Of a stretch of 64,000 bases of DNA, positions 26,054-35,697 are shown in pieces. Position 1 is the stretch's first letter, and each line of letters opens with the position of its first letter. The notes below the pieces were generated by a model. The model was not told where the DNA came from. It ran no database searches and worked only from the letters and a program-made list of their open reading frames with translations. The position numbers and the translations under genes were made by a program. Origin of the DNA: an uncultured Candidatus Binatia bacterium. Lineage in GTDB: Bacteria > Desulfobacterota > Binatia > UBA9968 > JAJDTQ01. The DNA is taken from the NCBI GenBank assembly GCA_965213675.1, contig OZ243916.1:96001-160000 (forward strand). Reading direction: 5' to 3'.

Positions 26054-27709
26054 ATGACCAACGTCGAAACCATCGTTCGCATGCTGGAACAGGCCGGGGT
26101 CCGCTGGGTCTTCGGCATCCCCAGCGGCCCGGTGCTGCCCCTCATCGAGGCCCTCGGCCGGAGCCCCGTGGAGTTCGTACTGACCGCCAGCGAGACCTCC
26201 GCGGGTTTCATGGCCGCCACGGTGGGACAACTCACCGGCGTCCCGGGCGTCTGCGCCGCCACCGTCGGACCTGGCGCCACCAACCTCACCACCGGCATAG
26301 GCTGCGCCTGGCTCGACGGCGCGCCGGCGCTGGCCATCACTTGCAACGTGCCCAGTCCGTGGCTTCAGCGCAGGATTCAGATGCGCATCGATCACAACGC
26401 GCTCTTCCGCCCCCTCACCAAGGCGACCTTCGCCTTGCATGCGGACGACGTTGGAGAACGGATGGCCGAGGCCCTTGCCCTGGCGACGGCGGAGCCTCCC
26501 GGCCCCGTGCATCTCGACCTGCCCGAGGACGTAGGCGTCGCGCTGTCCGCCGGCGACCCCTCGGCACGGGCGCCGGCTTCCGCCCGGGTGACGCCCCCCG
26601 CTCTGGCATCGGCGCCCGCCTCGATGTCGGCTCCAGCGCCGGCGCTGGAGCCCGTGCCAGACGAAGCCCGCGCCGCTCTTGCGGCGGCTTTGTCCCACAG
26701 CCGGCGCCCGCTGGTCATCACCGGGCTTGCGTTCACCCGTTCCGCTGAGGCGGACTCGCTGCTCCGCTTCATCGAGGGCCACCGGCTGCCGTTCGTCTCC
26801 ACCCTTCACGCCAAGGGCTTCCTGCCGGAAAGCCATCCCCAATGGTGCGGCGTCCTGGGGCGCGCCCGCCGCACCGACGTGCAGGGGCTCATTGACCGCG
26901 CCGACCTGATCATCGCGGTTGGGTACGATCCCATCGAGATCAACTATGAGGAGTGGGTACGCGACACGCCCGTGTTCCACCTGAGCACGACGCCGGCGGA
27001 GGTGGACCCGCGTGTCCGCTTCGTGTTCAACCGAGGAGGCGATCTTGACCAGGCCCTGCGGCGCCTGGAGGACCTTCCGGCCGCGGCCAACGACTGGTCC
27101 GCCGGCGAACTGGCGCACCACCGAACTTCTCTGGAACGGCAACTGCGCCCGGAAGGCAGCGGCTTCGCCGCGCACCAGGTGCTCGACGCGTTGCGCCTGG
27201 CACTACCGGCGGACGGCGTCCTGGCCTACGACGTGGGCGCCCATACACACCAGATCGCTACCCAGTGGCGCACGGACCTGCCCAGGACGCTGCTGGCCAC
27301 CAACGGCTGGTCCTCCATGGGCTTCGGCATGCCCGCCGCTTATGCCGCCAGGATGGTGCATCCGCAACGCGCCGTGGTCGGCGTGGTGGGCGACGGTTGT
27401 TTCCAGATGACCGCCGGTGAACTGGCGCTGGCGCGCCGGCGCAACCTGGCGGTTCCCATCATCGTCCTCAACGACGGCTGGCTTGGCCTGATGAAGGTCA
27501 AGCAGGAACGCAGGGAGTTCCCGCTCTCCGGCGTGGCACTGGGTTCCCGGGTGGATTCACCCCCACATTACTTCGGCGTCCCTTGCCGTGGCGTCGCGAA
27601 CGTCGAGGACTTCGAGGCCGCAATCCAATGGGGCCTCGGTCTCGACGGCCCCAGCGTTATCGAAGCCTTCATCGATGTGGAGCCGTACTCCATCACCGTC
27701 TTCGACTGA
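26054..27709 (+). CDS. Thiamine pyrophosphate-dependent enzyme (acetolactate synthase large subunit-like)
   Basis: VFGIPSG, TVGPGATN, PGPVHLDLPED, SMGFGMP, GDG...N TPP motif. Confidence 0.9.
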   Translation: MTNVETIVRMLEQAGVRWVFGIPSGPVLPLIEALGRSPVEFVLTASETSAGFMAATVGQLTGVPGVCAATVGPGATNLTTGIGCAWLDGAPALAITCNVPSPWLQRRIQMRIDHNALFRPLTKATFALHADDVGERMAEALALATAEPPGPVHLDLPEDVGVALSAGDPSARAPASARVTPPALASAPASMSAPAPALEPVPDEARAALAAALSHSRRPLVITGLAFTRSAEADSLLRFIEGHRLPFVSTLHAKGFLPESHPQWCGVLGRARRTDVQGLIDRADLIIAVGYDPIEINYEEWVRDTPVFHLSTTPAEVDPRVRFVFNRGGDLDQALRRLEDLPAAANDWSAGELAHHRTSLERQLRPEGSGFAAHQVLDALRLALPADGVLAYDVGAHTHQIATQWRTDLPRTLLATNGWSSMGFGMPAAYAARMVHPQRAVVGVVGDGCFQMTAGELALARRRNLAVPIIVLNDGWLGLMKVKQERREFPLSGVALGSRVDSPPHYFGVPCRGVANVEDFEAAIQWGLGLDGPSVIEAFIDVEPYSITVFD

Positions 27710-27827
27710 CGAGATCCATTGCCCCGGGCACGCCCCGCCGCTTTCCGCCATGGAACGCCTCGTCTTCCCTGGTGGCTGCCCGCTCCCGATGGCGCGCCCG
27801 CGGGAATTGCGGTAGGGTACGGTGAAC

Positions 27828-29024
27828 ATGGCCGCCCAGCAGCGCAATCGCGTCAATGTCTTCATCCTGGCCACCTGCCAGATGCTGTTCGGGGCTACCC
27901 GGACGCTGCTGATCGCCACCGCCCCGCTCATCGCCTACGGCATCGTCGAGAACAAGGGCCTGGCGACGCTGCCGGCCGCCCTGGTGATCGTCGGCACGGC
28001 CTTGGCCACCATGCCGGCCTCCATGCTCATGCGCGCCACCGGTCGGCGTCTCGGGTTCATGATCGGCGCCTGCTTCGGCGCCGTCGGGGGCGGCATCGTT
28101 CTCGCCGGCATCGTGCGCGCCGACTTCCGGTTGCTGTGCCTTGGGACACTCACCTACGGCTTCTTCGCCGCGTTCGGTCAATACTATCGCTTTGCCGCCG
28201 CCGACACGGCTCCCCCGGAGTTCCGCAGCAAGGCCATCTCATTGGTGCTGACCGGTGGGGTGATCGCGGCCGTGGTGGGCACGTCCCTGGCCATGGCGGG
28301 CCAGTTTCTGATCCCGTCCGACGAGTTCTTCGGCTCGTACCTGTTCCTGATCGCGTTGGCGCTCCTGACGGTCCTGGTGCTGCTCTTCCTGGACATCCCC
28401 AACCTCACGCCGAGCGAGCGCTCCGCGCAGCAACGCCCGCTGGCCACCATCATGGCGCAGCCGATCTTTGTGGCGGCCACCCTGGCGGCCACCATGGGGC
28501 AGGGAGCCATGAATCTCCTGATGACCGCCACGCCCATCGCCATGACCCAGGCCGGTCACCCGTTCACCGCTACCGCGCTGGTGATCCAGTGGCACAGCAT
28601 CGGCATGTTCGCGCCGGGCTTTGTCACCGGCTCCCTGATCAAGCGCTTCGGAGAGGCGCGCATCATCCTTACGGGTATTGCGCTCCAGGTCGTCTGTGTC
28701 GTCATCGGGCTTGCCGGCACCGGGGTGATCGAATTCTGGTTCGCCATGCTGTTCCTGGGGGTCGGCTGGAACTTCGCCTTCACCGGCGGCACGTCGCTCC
28801 TGACCACCGCTTACACCCCGGCGGAACGCAACAAGACTCAAGGGGCCATGAGCTTCATCAACTACACCTTCGTGGCCTTGGTGTCGTTGTCGTCCGGCGC
28901 CCTGGTGCACTTTCTGGGGTGGCAGTGGGTGAACCTCGGCAGCATCCCGTTACTGGCGGTGGCCGGCGTCGCCACGATCTGGTTCGCCGCAAGACAGCGC
29001 AAGCCAGCCGCGGCAGCGGCCTGA
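27828..29024 (+). CDS. MFS transporter
   Basis: About 12 hydrophobic segments; YRFAAAD, QWHSIGMFAP, GVGWNF. Confidence 0.88.
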   Translation: MAAQQRNRVNVFILATCQMLFGATRTLLIATAPLIAYGIVENKGLATLPAALVIVGTALATMPASMLMRATGRRLGFMIGACFGAVGGGIVLAGIVRADFRLLCLGTLTYGFFAAFGQYYRFAAADTAPPEFRSKAISLVLTGGVIAAVVGTSLAMAGQFLIPSDEFFGSYLFLIALALLTVLVLLFLDIPNLTPSERSAQQRPLATIMAQPIFVAATLAATMGQGAMNLLMTATPIAMTQAGHPFTATALVIQWHSIGMFAPGFVTGSLIKRFGEARIILTGIALQVVCVVIGLAGTGVIEFWFAMLFLGVGWNFAFTGGTSLLTTAYTPAERNKTQGAMSFINYTFVALVSLSSGALVHFLGWQWVNLGSIPLLAVAGVATIWFAARQRKPAAAAA

Positions 29025-29183
29025 GGGCTCCCGATCCCGAGCAATCCCGCCCGCGTTGCGACTGCGTGCGTCAACCGGCAGGCACAGGCCCCACCGCTCG
29101 CGGGCCGGGATCGCCCCACGCGGAAAACCCGGCGCGACGGGGCGGCGGCCATCCATCCGGGCAGGCGCGTACACTCGCCGGGG

Positions 29184-29564
29184 TCACAACACGGCCACCA
29201 ATTCGATCTGGAACAACATGCCGCCGCGGACGGGGGATTTGATGGCATGGCGGGCGGGACGGTCGTGCTCGTCGGGGAACATCTTGAGCCACGCCTTGTT
29301 GATGGAGTCACGGTACTCCTCCTCCTTGAGGTAGACCGTCATGCGTACGATATCGTCGGGGCTGCCGCCCGCCAGCCCCATGAACTGCCGGATGTTGTCA
29401 AACAGGACTTCCGCCTGGCGGTCCGGATCCGCTGGCAGTTCGCCGGTGGCGCCGTCCCGGCCGGAGATGCCGGAGGAATAGACGATGTTGCCCACCTTCG
29501 CTCCCATGGGGATCGGAGCGTTGTGCGGCACGCCGGGAAGCTCGATGCTGACTCTCCTGGGCAT
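29184..29564 (-). CDS. RidA/YjgF family protein
   Basis: PIPMGAKVGNIVYSSG, INKAWLKMFP, RPARH, QIELVA. Confidence 0.88.
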   Translation of the reverse strand: MPRRVSIELPGVPHNAPIPMGAKVGNIVYSSGISGRDGATGELPADPDRQAEVLFDNIRQFMGLAGGSPDDIVRMTVYLKEEEYRDSINKAWLKMFPDEHDRPARHAIKSPVRGGMLFQIELVAVL

Positions 29565-29614
29565 GGAGTGGATCCTTTCGTTGTTGTGGGGCTTGCCGCC
29601 AAGTTCTGCCGTCA

Positions 29615-29642
29615 CGATTCCATGGAAAATTCCATGGAATCG
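29615..29642. promoter_or_regulatory. Perfect 13-bp inverted repeat with nested palindromes (operator or hairpin)
   Basis: CGATTCCATGGAA-AA-TTCCATGGAATCG between MFS stop and ridA start. Confidence 0.5.
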
Positions 29643-29661
29643 ACGGTTTCCTGGCAACCTT

Positions 29662-30924
29662 TCATCCGGCGGCGGGTTTCGGGGTCCGTACTCCTCTTGC
29701 CGTGATGACGAAGAGGGCCGCGGCGATGGCCATTACCACCAGGGTGCTGAGCCCCAGTGACCATTGTATGCCGACATACGCGCCGGCAAAGCCCACGGTG
29801 ACGCCGCTGAACGTCCGCAGCCCCTGGGCGGCCATGTTGTAGAGCCCGATCAGACGGCCGCGCAGGTTGGCCGGCGCCTCGAGTTGCACCAGCGTCTGCG
29901 CCATGGACAGAAACGCAAGGTTGAGGATGCCGGCGAGGAACAGGAACAGCAACGACAGCACGTAGTTCGTGGAGACGGCGAAGGCGGTCATGGCGCAGCA
30001 CCACAGCATGGCCAGGATGATCGCCGTCGAGGCGCGTGCCGTGAACAGGCCTCTTATTTCCAGCAACAACCCGCCGGCGACGGCGCCCGCGCCATTGGCG
30101 GCGAACAACATGGCGTAGCCGAGGCTCAGATCCTCCGCGCCCAGCGACAGGGCGAACGCTGGCATGAGCGCCTGAAACGCGTTGCCTACGAAAAAGGCGT
30201 AGAAACCCACGAGCAGGATCATGGACAGGAGGATCCGGTTGTTTGAAGCGCCCCACAGTGCCGAAAGCGCTTCCGCCCAGCTCCCCTTCGTGGTCTGCCG
30301 CCCGGAGCCGTGGCCGGTATAGGGCACCAGCCGGCACCAGACCATCAATGGCAGGTAGACGAGCGCATTGACCAGCAGCGCCCGCGTGGGTTTCAGCAGC
30401 CACAGGGTGGCGCCTCCCACCGCGGGGCCGAACAGAATCCCCAGTTGCCGTCCCGTCGCCAGTAGCCGGATGCCGCTCTGAAGCGTCTCAGGCCCGACCA
30501 CGTCGTAGATCATGAGTTGGCGCGCCGGGTTCCACAAGGCGCCCGCCATGCCGTGGAGGGTCAGCAGGAGCGCCGAGTGCCACATCTCCAGGCGACCTGT
30601 ATAGAACAGCAATGCCCAGGCGAGGCTCACCGATATGAACAGGATCTGGGACCATTCCATGATCCGCCGGCAATCGAGGCGATCCGCAAGCGCGCCGAAG
30701 TACCACGAAAAGAACAGCGCGGGCATCCAGTGGCTGATGACGGCAAATCCCTGCAGCGTTTCGGAGCGGAACGCCTGGTACACGATGCCGTAGCTGATGA
30801 CGTGCTCGATGTTGTCGGCCATCATCGACAACATGTTGCCGATGAAGAACAGGGCGAAGTCACGGTTCCGGAGCGCCGCGAACGCGGGTGGGGCCTGAGC
30901 GGATGCAGGTGCGGGTGTGCTCAT
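29662..30924 (-). CDS. MFS transporter (MFS_3/H+ antiporter-like)
   Basis: FAALRNRDF, GALADRLDCRR, GPAVGG, APANLRGR. Confidence 0.9.
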   Translation of the reverse strand: MSTPAPASAQAPPAFAALRNRDFALFFIGNMLSMMADNIEHVISYGIVYQAFRSETLQGFAVISHWMPALFFSWYFGALADRLDCRRIMEWSQILFISVSLAWALLFYTGRLEMWHSALLLTLHGMAGALWNPARQLMIYDVVGPETLQSGIRLLATGRQLGILFGPAVGGATLWLLKPTRALLVNALVYLPLMVWCRLVPYTGHGSGRQTTKGSWAEALSALWGASNNRILLSMILLVGFYAFFVGNAFQALMPAFALSLGAEDLSLGYAMLFAANGAGAVAGGLLLEIRGLFTARASTAIILAMLWCCAMTAFAVSTNYVLSLLFLFLAGILNLAFLSMAQTLVQLEAPANLRGRLIGLYNMAAQGLRTFSGVTVGFAGAYVGIQWSLGLSTLVVMAIAAALFVITARGVRTPKPAAG

Positions 30925-31000
30925 GGAGTACGGTAGTGGCGGACTCGGGTGCGATGTTGCCCAATGTAGACAAGTTGTCCGTTCCTTGACAACCCGCAAC

Positions 31001-31036
31001 AAAGAAGCGGGCAGCCGCAAGGGCTGCCCGCTTTTC
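31001..31036 (-). terminator. Intrinsic terminator after spy-like gene (possibly bidirectional)
   Basis: AAGCGGGCAGCC-GCAAG-GGCTGCCCGCTT with A/T-rich flanks on both sides. Confidence 0.75.
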
Positions 31037-31073
31037 ATTCAGAACGAGAGTCGACTCGGCACAACACCCCGTC

Positions 31074-31628
31074 CTATCGGCGCCCGTGGCCGTGACCCTT
31101 GCGGCCTCCGCGGCCTTGCAACATGCGCTTCAGCATGCGGTCCGCCTTCGCGATCTGCTCGGGTGTCAGAATCTCTCGCACGGCCAGCACGGCGTCGGCG
31201 CGCGCCCGCAGCCGGTCGCCCCGGATCTTGGCGATGGCGTCCACCTTGGCGCCGACCGCGGCCTTTTCAACCGTCTCCCCCGTGACCATCTGGCGCAGAT
31301 CGATGCCGGCGATGCGGGCGTCGGCGCGCAGCGCGATTTTCTTCTTGCGCGCCTCGGTGAGCACCTCCTTGATCTTCGTGACCTGCTCGTCGGTGAGCTC
31401 CAGGCGCTCCTTCATGCGTCCCATCATCCGCGCCTGGCCACCGCGTTCGTGTCGTCCGCCGCGGCCGCGCCAGTGCCGCCTGCCGCGTTCCTCGCCGCCA
31501 TCGGCGCGGGCCACCCGCGGGCTGTCGCCGCGGCGCCCTTCGCTCTGCTGGCTCCAGGCGATGCCTCCGGAAAGGCCCACCAGGAGCATGGGTACCATCA
31601 GAAATGCGGTGCGCTTGCGATTCTTCAT
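31074..31628 (-). CDS. Spy/CpxP-family periplasmic protein
   Basis: Signal peptide, Gly/Arg/Met-rich N-region, two LTxxQ motifs (LELTDEQ, ILTPEQ). Confidence 0.85.
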   Translation of the reverse strand: MKNRKRTAFLMVPMLLVGLSGGIAWSQQSEGRRGDSPRVARADGGEERGRRHWRGRGGRHERGGQARMMGRMKERLELTDEQVTKIKEVLTEARKKKIALRADARIAGIDLRQMVTGETVEKAAVGAKVDAIAKIRGDRLRARADAVLAVREILTPEQIAKADRMLKRMLQGRGGRKGHGHGRR

Positions 31629-31673
31629 TGAGGTTCTCCTTGTTGGTTTGTTGAGTCGATCCGGATCGCGATG

Positions 31674-32183
31674 TCAAGGATTAGACGCATGGGGGTTCCG
31701 GGTCTGTCGCGGTGTCCCCAAGGGGAGTCGAGCGCTGCCGGTGCGCCGCGATTCGACCCGCGACATCCACCGCTGGCGCTTTTGCGCGCGTCGTTCACGG
31801 AAATCGTCGGTCAGGTCTTGCAGCCTGCGCGCCTGGCTGTCGTCGAGGGACGGTACGATCTTTTTGTGAAACTCCATGATAATGCGGTCGGCTTCCTCGT
31901 GGGAGCGTATGCGCTCCCGGTAAAGATTCTGCCGGGCCTGGCCCAACAATGGCCCGATCTCCCCCATCTGTTGCTCCGAGAGGTCGAGCTTCCGTTGCAG
32001 CATGTGCAGGTACCTTCCGCTCGAGGCCTGCTTCTTGCCGCTCCAGTGATGGCCGCCTTCCCGGTGGGGACGCCATGGGCCGCCCCAGAGTTCTCTTGCG
32101 GGAAAGACGTTTCCGATGACGGCGCCGCCCATGAGTCCGAGCAGGAATACGCCCACCACTGCAATCAAGGCTTTTCTCTTCAT
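31674..32183 (-). CDS. Membrane-anchored periplasmic helical protein (heavy-metal sensor/Spy-like)
   Basis: N-terminal TM VFLLGLMGG, LDLSEQQ and LDDSQ repeats; ATGA overlap with anti-sigma gene. Confidence 0.75.
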   Translation of the reverse strand: MKRKALIAVVGVFLLGLMGGAVIGNVFPARELWGGPWRPHREGGHHWSGKKQASSGRYLHMLQRKLDLSEQQMGEIGPLLGQARQNLYRERIRSHEEADRIIMEFHKKIVPSLDDSQARRLQDLTDDFRERRAQKRQRWMSRVESRRTGSARLPLGTPRQTRNPHASNP

Positions 32184-32638
32184 GGCATCCCTGCTCCCAC
32201 CCAAGCGATCAGCGCCGCGTCGGGTTCGTCGGCGGATACGACGTCCTGGCCCGTTCCGTCTTCCAGCATGGTGAGGGTGGCGGGCGTCCGCTCCAGGGAC
32301 TGCGTTGGCATGCCGCGCCAGAGACCGATGCCGCCGAGAAGCACCACCACCAGCACAAAGGCCGGGGCGAGCCGGCGACTGAACAGCAGGAGGGCGGCGC
32401 TCCACGACGCGCGCCGGTTCTCTTCCTCACGAATTCGAGCGAGCACTCCCGGCCACGCGGGCCGTTGCGGCGCCGGCGCCGGCGCCGCGGAGAAGAAACG
32501 CCGCCAGAGCCGTTCCTCCTCCAGGGCCGCGCGGCAGCCGGCGCACGAACCGATGTGTGCCGCGTGTGTTTCGGGGAGATCCTCCGTGCGCTTGGCGCCG
32601 GCGGATTCCAGCCACTGCGTGAAATCATCACAGGTCAC
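32180..32638 (-). CDS. Zinc-finger (ZAS, zf-HC2-like) anti-sigma factor
   Basis: MTC...HIGSCAGC (HxxxCxxC) followed by a single TM; directly downstream of ECF sigma. Confidence 0.82.
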   Translation of the reverse strand: MTCDDFTQWLESAGAKRTEDLPETHAAHIGSCAGCRAALEEERLWRRFFSAAPAPAPQRPAWPGVLARIREEENRRASWSAALLLFSRRLAPAFVLVVVLLGGIGLWRGMPTQSLERTPATLTMLEDGTGQDVVSADEPDAALIAWVGAGMP

Positions 32639-33300
32639 GACTCACCTCCCTGGCCTTCTGGACCCGGGCCGTCGTGCGGGCCACGGAACAGTTCGTTTAC
32701 GTGGGGCGCGAGCATCTGTCGCAGGCGCGCGCGTCCCCGGGCGTGGCGCGATTTGACCGTGCCCAGGGCACAATTCAGGATATCGGCGATTTCCTGGTAC
32801 GAATTTCCTTCCAAGTCCTTCAACGTCACGACGACGCGCAGCCGGTCGGGCAGGCGGGCGACCGTCCGGGCCACCAGGCCGCTGACAGCGGCCTCGCGGG
32901 CTTCGTCCATGTCGCCATCGCGCTGCCCGTCGTCGGCGAGCCGGTCGCGCAGACCGTCTGCGGCTTCCTCCGCGGGTTCCGCGTCCAGGGACACCTTGCC
33001 CGATTGCCGTTTGAGTTCGTCCCGGGCGCGGTTGATGGCGATGCGCGTGATCCAGGTGCCGAAGGCCGCGTCTTCCCGGAACTTGCCCAGCGAGAAGAAC
33101 GCCTTGACGAACACCTCCTGGACGACGTCGTCCACGTCACCATGGTCCGGTCCCAGGAGGCGGCCGACGAGCCGGTGAATGCGCGCTTGGTGACGCTCCA
33201 CCAGCAGCCGGTAGGCGTCCGCATCGCCGCTCCGGATCCGTCGCACCACGTCGCGTTCCGCATCTTCCAACGTCAGGCGATACGGCAGCGTCTCCGTCAT
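32635..33300 (-). CDS. ECF sigma-70 factor (RpoE/SigW-like)
   Basis: DDVVQEVFVKAF, FGTWITRIAIN, SYQEIADILNCALGTVKSR. Confidence 0.93.
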   Translation of the reverse strand: MTETLPYRLTLEDAERDVVRRIRSGDADAYRLLVERHQARIHRLVGRLLGPDHGDVDDVVQEVFVKAFFSLGKFREDAAFGTWITRIAINRARDELKRQSGKVSLDAEPAEEAADGLRDRLADDGQRDGDMDEAREAAVSGLVARTVARLPDRLRVVVTLKDLEGNSYQEIADILNCALGTVKSRHARGRARLRQMLAPHVNELFRGPHDGPGPEGQGGES

Positions 33301-33347
33301 CCTCAAACTGTGGTCCTCGCTCAACCGGACTTGACTCGATTCCCCAT

Positions 33348-33366
33348 TTAGACGAGATGGGGTTCC
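33348..33366 (-). promoter_or_regulatory. Candidate ECF-dependent promoter element GGAAC-N7-CGTCTAA (second copy at 31681-31699)
   Basis: Same motif and spacing about 50 nt upstream of both the sigma gene and the spy-like gene. Confidence 0.5.
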
Positions 33367-33637
33367 CGGCGGCCGCCCGTGAAGCCGCCGCGACCACGAG
33401 CCCGGGGTCGCCGAAGGGGATGCAAGGGTAGTTCGCCAGCGTCCAGCGACTTCGGCGCGGGTGGTGTGGACGCCGGCGTTGGCGTCGAAGCGGAGGTTCA
33501 GGCGTGGAGCCACGGCTCCGTTTGTCCCGAGTTCTTCGACTTCACCTCAAACGAGGCCAGCGACGTTGCCGTTTCCCTTGACTGTGTGGAAGGCGTTGAC
33601 ACGGCAGCCGCACCCCGCGTTGCCATGCGCTCTCGAA

Positions 33638-35566
33638 TCAGGCCGCGACCTTGGCCGTGGACATCCGCCGCGCCAGTGGCCGTGCCAGCCCGGCCGCGGC
33701 CAGAAGCACGCCGATGATGTCGGTCATCATGCCCGGCGCGATGAGCATGATGGCGGCCACGAACACCACCACCCGCTCCACCGCCTCGGTCCGGTCCTTC
33801 AAGTCGCCGACCAGGGCATAGGCATTGAGGATCACCCCGGCGGCCGCCGTCGCCGTGGTCAGAACGATGTCAACGGGATGCCCGCGCATCAGCAACGGCG
33901 TGCCGAACACGAAGGCGTAGGGGAGGATGTAGACCGGCAACGAAATCAGTCCCGCGAACAGGCTGGTGCGCCAGAAATCGCTGCCGGCGACGGTGGCGCC
34001 GGCATAGGCGGCCAAGGCCACGGGCGGCGTCACCATGGACAGCATGCCGGAGAAGAAGATGAACAGATGCGCGGCCATGGGCCAGACGCCCACCTTGATG
34101 AGCACGGGCGCCACCATCAGGGCCAGAATGATATAAGCGATGCTGGTGGGCAGTCCCATGCCCAGAATCATGGAGGCGAACATGGTGAGCAGCAGAATGA
34201 TGATCAGTTCTCCCCCCGCCATGCCGATGACGAGACCCGAGAAGCGCGTGGCCAGACCGGTCATCAGGATGGTGCCCATGATGATGCCGACGCACGCCAC
34301 CGCGGTGCCCAAGGTGACGAAGTCCCGGCCAGTACCCTCGAATACGTCGATGCCCTTCTTGACGGCGCGCCAGGCTCCGGCGGGGGCCGTCTTCACGAAC
34401 CCGCGCCGGTCCCGCACGAACATGGCAATGGCCGCGATGCTCACCCCCAGCACCGCGATGACCGTCATGGCCCGCAACACCGCCTGGACCGGCGACATCC
34501 GCGCCAGCAGCAGCACGATGAGCAGGCCGATGCCGGCGATGAACGTCAGCCCCTGGGGCTCGCGCACGACTTCCCGGATGTTGGGCAGTTCGGACTTCGG
34601 CAAACCCGTGAGCCCGGAGCGCAACGCGTAGAAGTAGACGCCCGCCAGAACCCCGATGAAGTACAGCACTGCCGGAATGAGTGCGGCCTTGACGATCTGG
34701 AGATAGTCCACTGCCAGGAACTGCATCATCAGGAACGCCGCGGCCCCCATCACCGGCGGCATGAACTGCCCGCCCGTGGACGCGGCCGCCTCCACCGCTC
34801 CAGCCACGTGAGGCTGGAACCCCACGCGTTTCATGAGCGGGATGGTGATGGACCCCGTGACCATGACGTTGGCCACGGCGCTGCCGCTCACCGATCCCAT
34901 CATGCCGCTGGAAACCACGGCCATCATGGCGGGGCCGCCGCGGTATCGTCCCACGAGGGAACGGGTGAACTCCATGATGAACGCCAGCGCTCCGGTGGCC
35001 TCCAGCAGCTTGCCGAACATCACGAACAGGTACACGAACTTGAAGGTGATGTAGGTGGCGACGCCGAAGACGCCGTTGCCGGACAGGTAGACGGTGGTGA
35101 CGATGCGGTCGAGGTCGAAGCCGCCGTGGCCCCCCACCCAGCGCGGCAGGTGCTGGCCGTAGAAGACGTAGACCAGAAACACCAGTGCGGTGACAACCAG
35201 CGCCATGCCGACGATGCGCCGGGTGGCCTCCAGCACCACGATGACACAGATGACCCCCAGCACCAGGTCGGTCTGGGTGACGAGTCCCGACTTGAAGGCG
35301 ATCTCCTCGTGCTCGATGAACACGTAGCCGAAGGTCGCCAGACTGAGCGCCAGCCAGAAGAGGTCCAACGCCACCTGGGCTGGCCGCTCACGCTCCGTCG
35401 CCTGGGTCAGGAACAACAGGACGAACAGGACGAGCAGGAAAAGGCTGCGTTCCTGAAGCGGCGGCAACGGACTGAAGGCGTTCCACACGGCGTAAGCCGA
35501 CAGTCCGATGGCCAACACCCGCGTGAGGGTCCGGCCTATGGCTCTCAGGGCGCCTTCTCCTTCCAA
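33638..35566 (-). CDS. TRAP transporter fused 4TM/12TM permease (TAXI-type)
   Basis: GSVSGSAVANV, AVEAAASTGGQFMPPVMGAAAF, LGMGLPT, VTPPVALAAY. Confidence 0.95.
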   Translation of the reverse strand: MEGEGALRAIGRTLTRVLAIGLSAYAVWNAFSPLPPLQERSLFLLVLFVLLFLTQATERERPAQVALDLFWLALSLATFGYVFIEHEEIAFKSGLVTQTDLVLGVICVIVVLEATRRIVGMALVVTALVFLVYVFYGQHLPRWVGGHGGFDLDRIVTTVYLSGNGVFGVATYITFKFVYLFVMFGKLLEATGALAFIMEFTRSLVGRYRGGPAMMAVVSSGMMGSVSGSAVANVMVTGSITIPLMKRVGFQPHVAGAVEAAASTGGQFMPPVMGAAAFLMMQFLAVDYLQIVKAALIPAVLYFIGVLAGVYFYALRSGLTGLPKSELPNIREVVREPQGLTFIAGIGLLIVLLLARMSPVQAVLRAMTVIAVLGVSIAAIAMFVRDRRGFVKTAPAGAWRAVKKGIDVFEGTGRDFVTLGTAVACVGIIMGTILMTGLATRFSGLVIGMAGGELIIILLLTMFASMILGMGLPTSIAYIILALMVAPVLIKVGVWPMAAHLFIFFSGMLSMVTPPVALAAYAGATVAGSDFWRTSLFAGLISLPVYILPYAFVFGTPLLMRGHPVDIVLTTATAAAGVILNAYALVGDLKDRTEAVERVVVFVAAIMLIAPGMMTDIIGVLLAAAGLARPLARRMSTAKVAA

Positions 35567-35697
35567 GACCTCACCTCGTCCTTCCGAAAGGGTGCGTCTA
35601 ACTCTTTGGTCATGGCGATACCGGCGGCATCGGACCGGCGGCGCCGCAAACGATGGGCGCCGGCGGTCCGATTGCCGCGATCACGTGACCATGAAGC

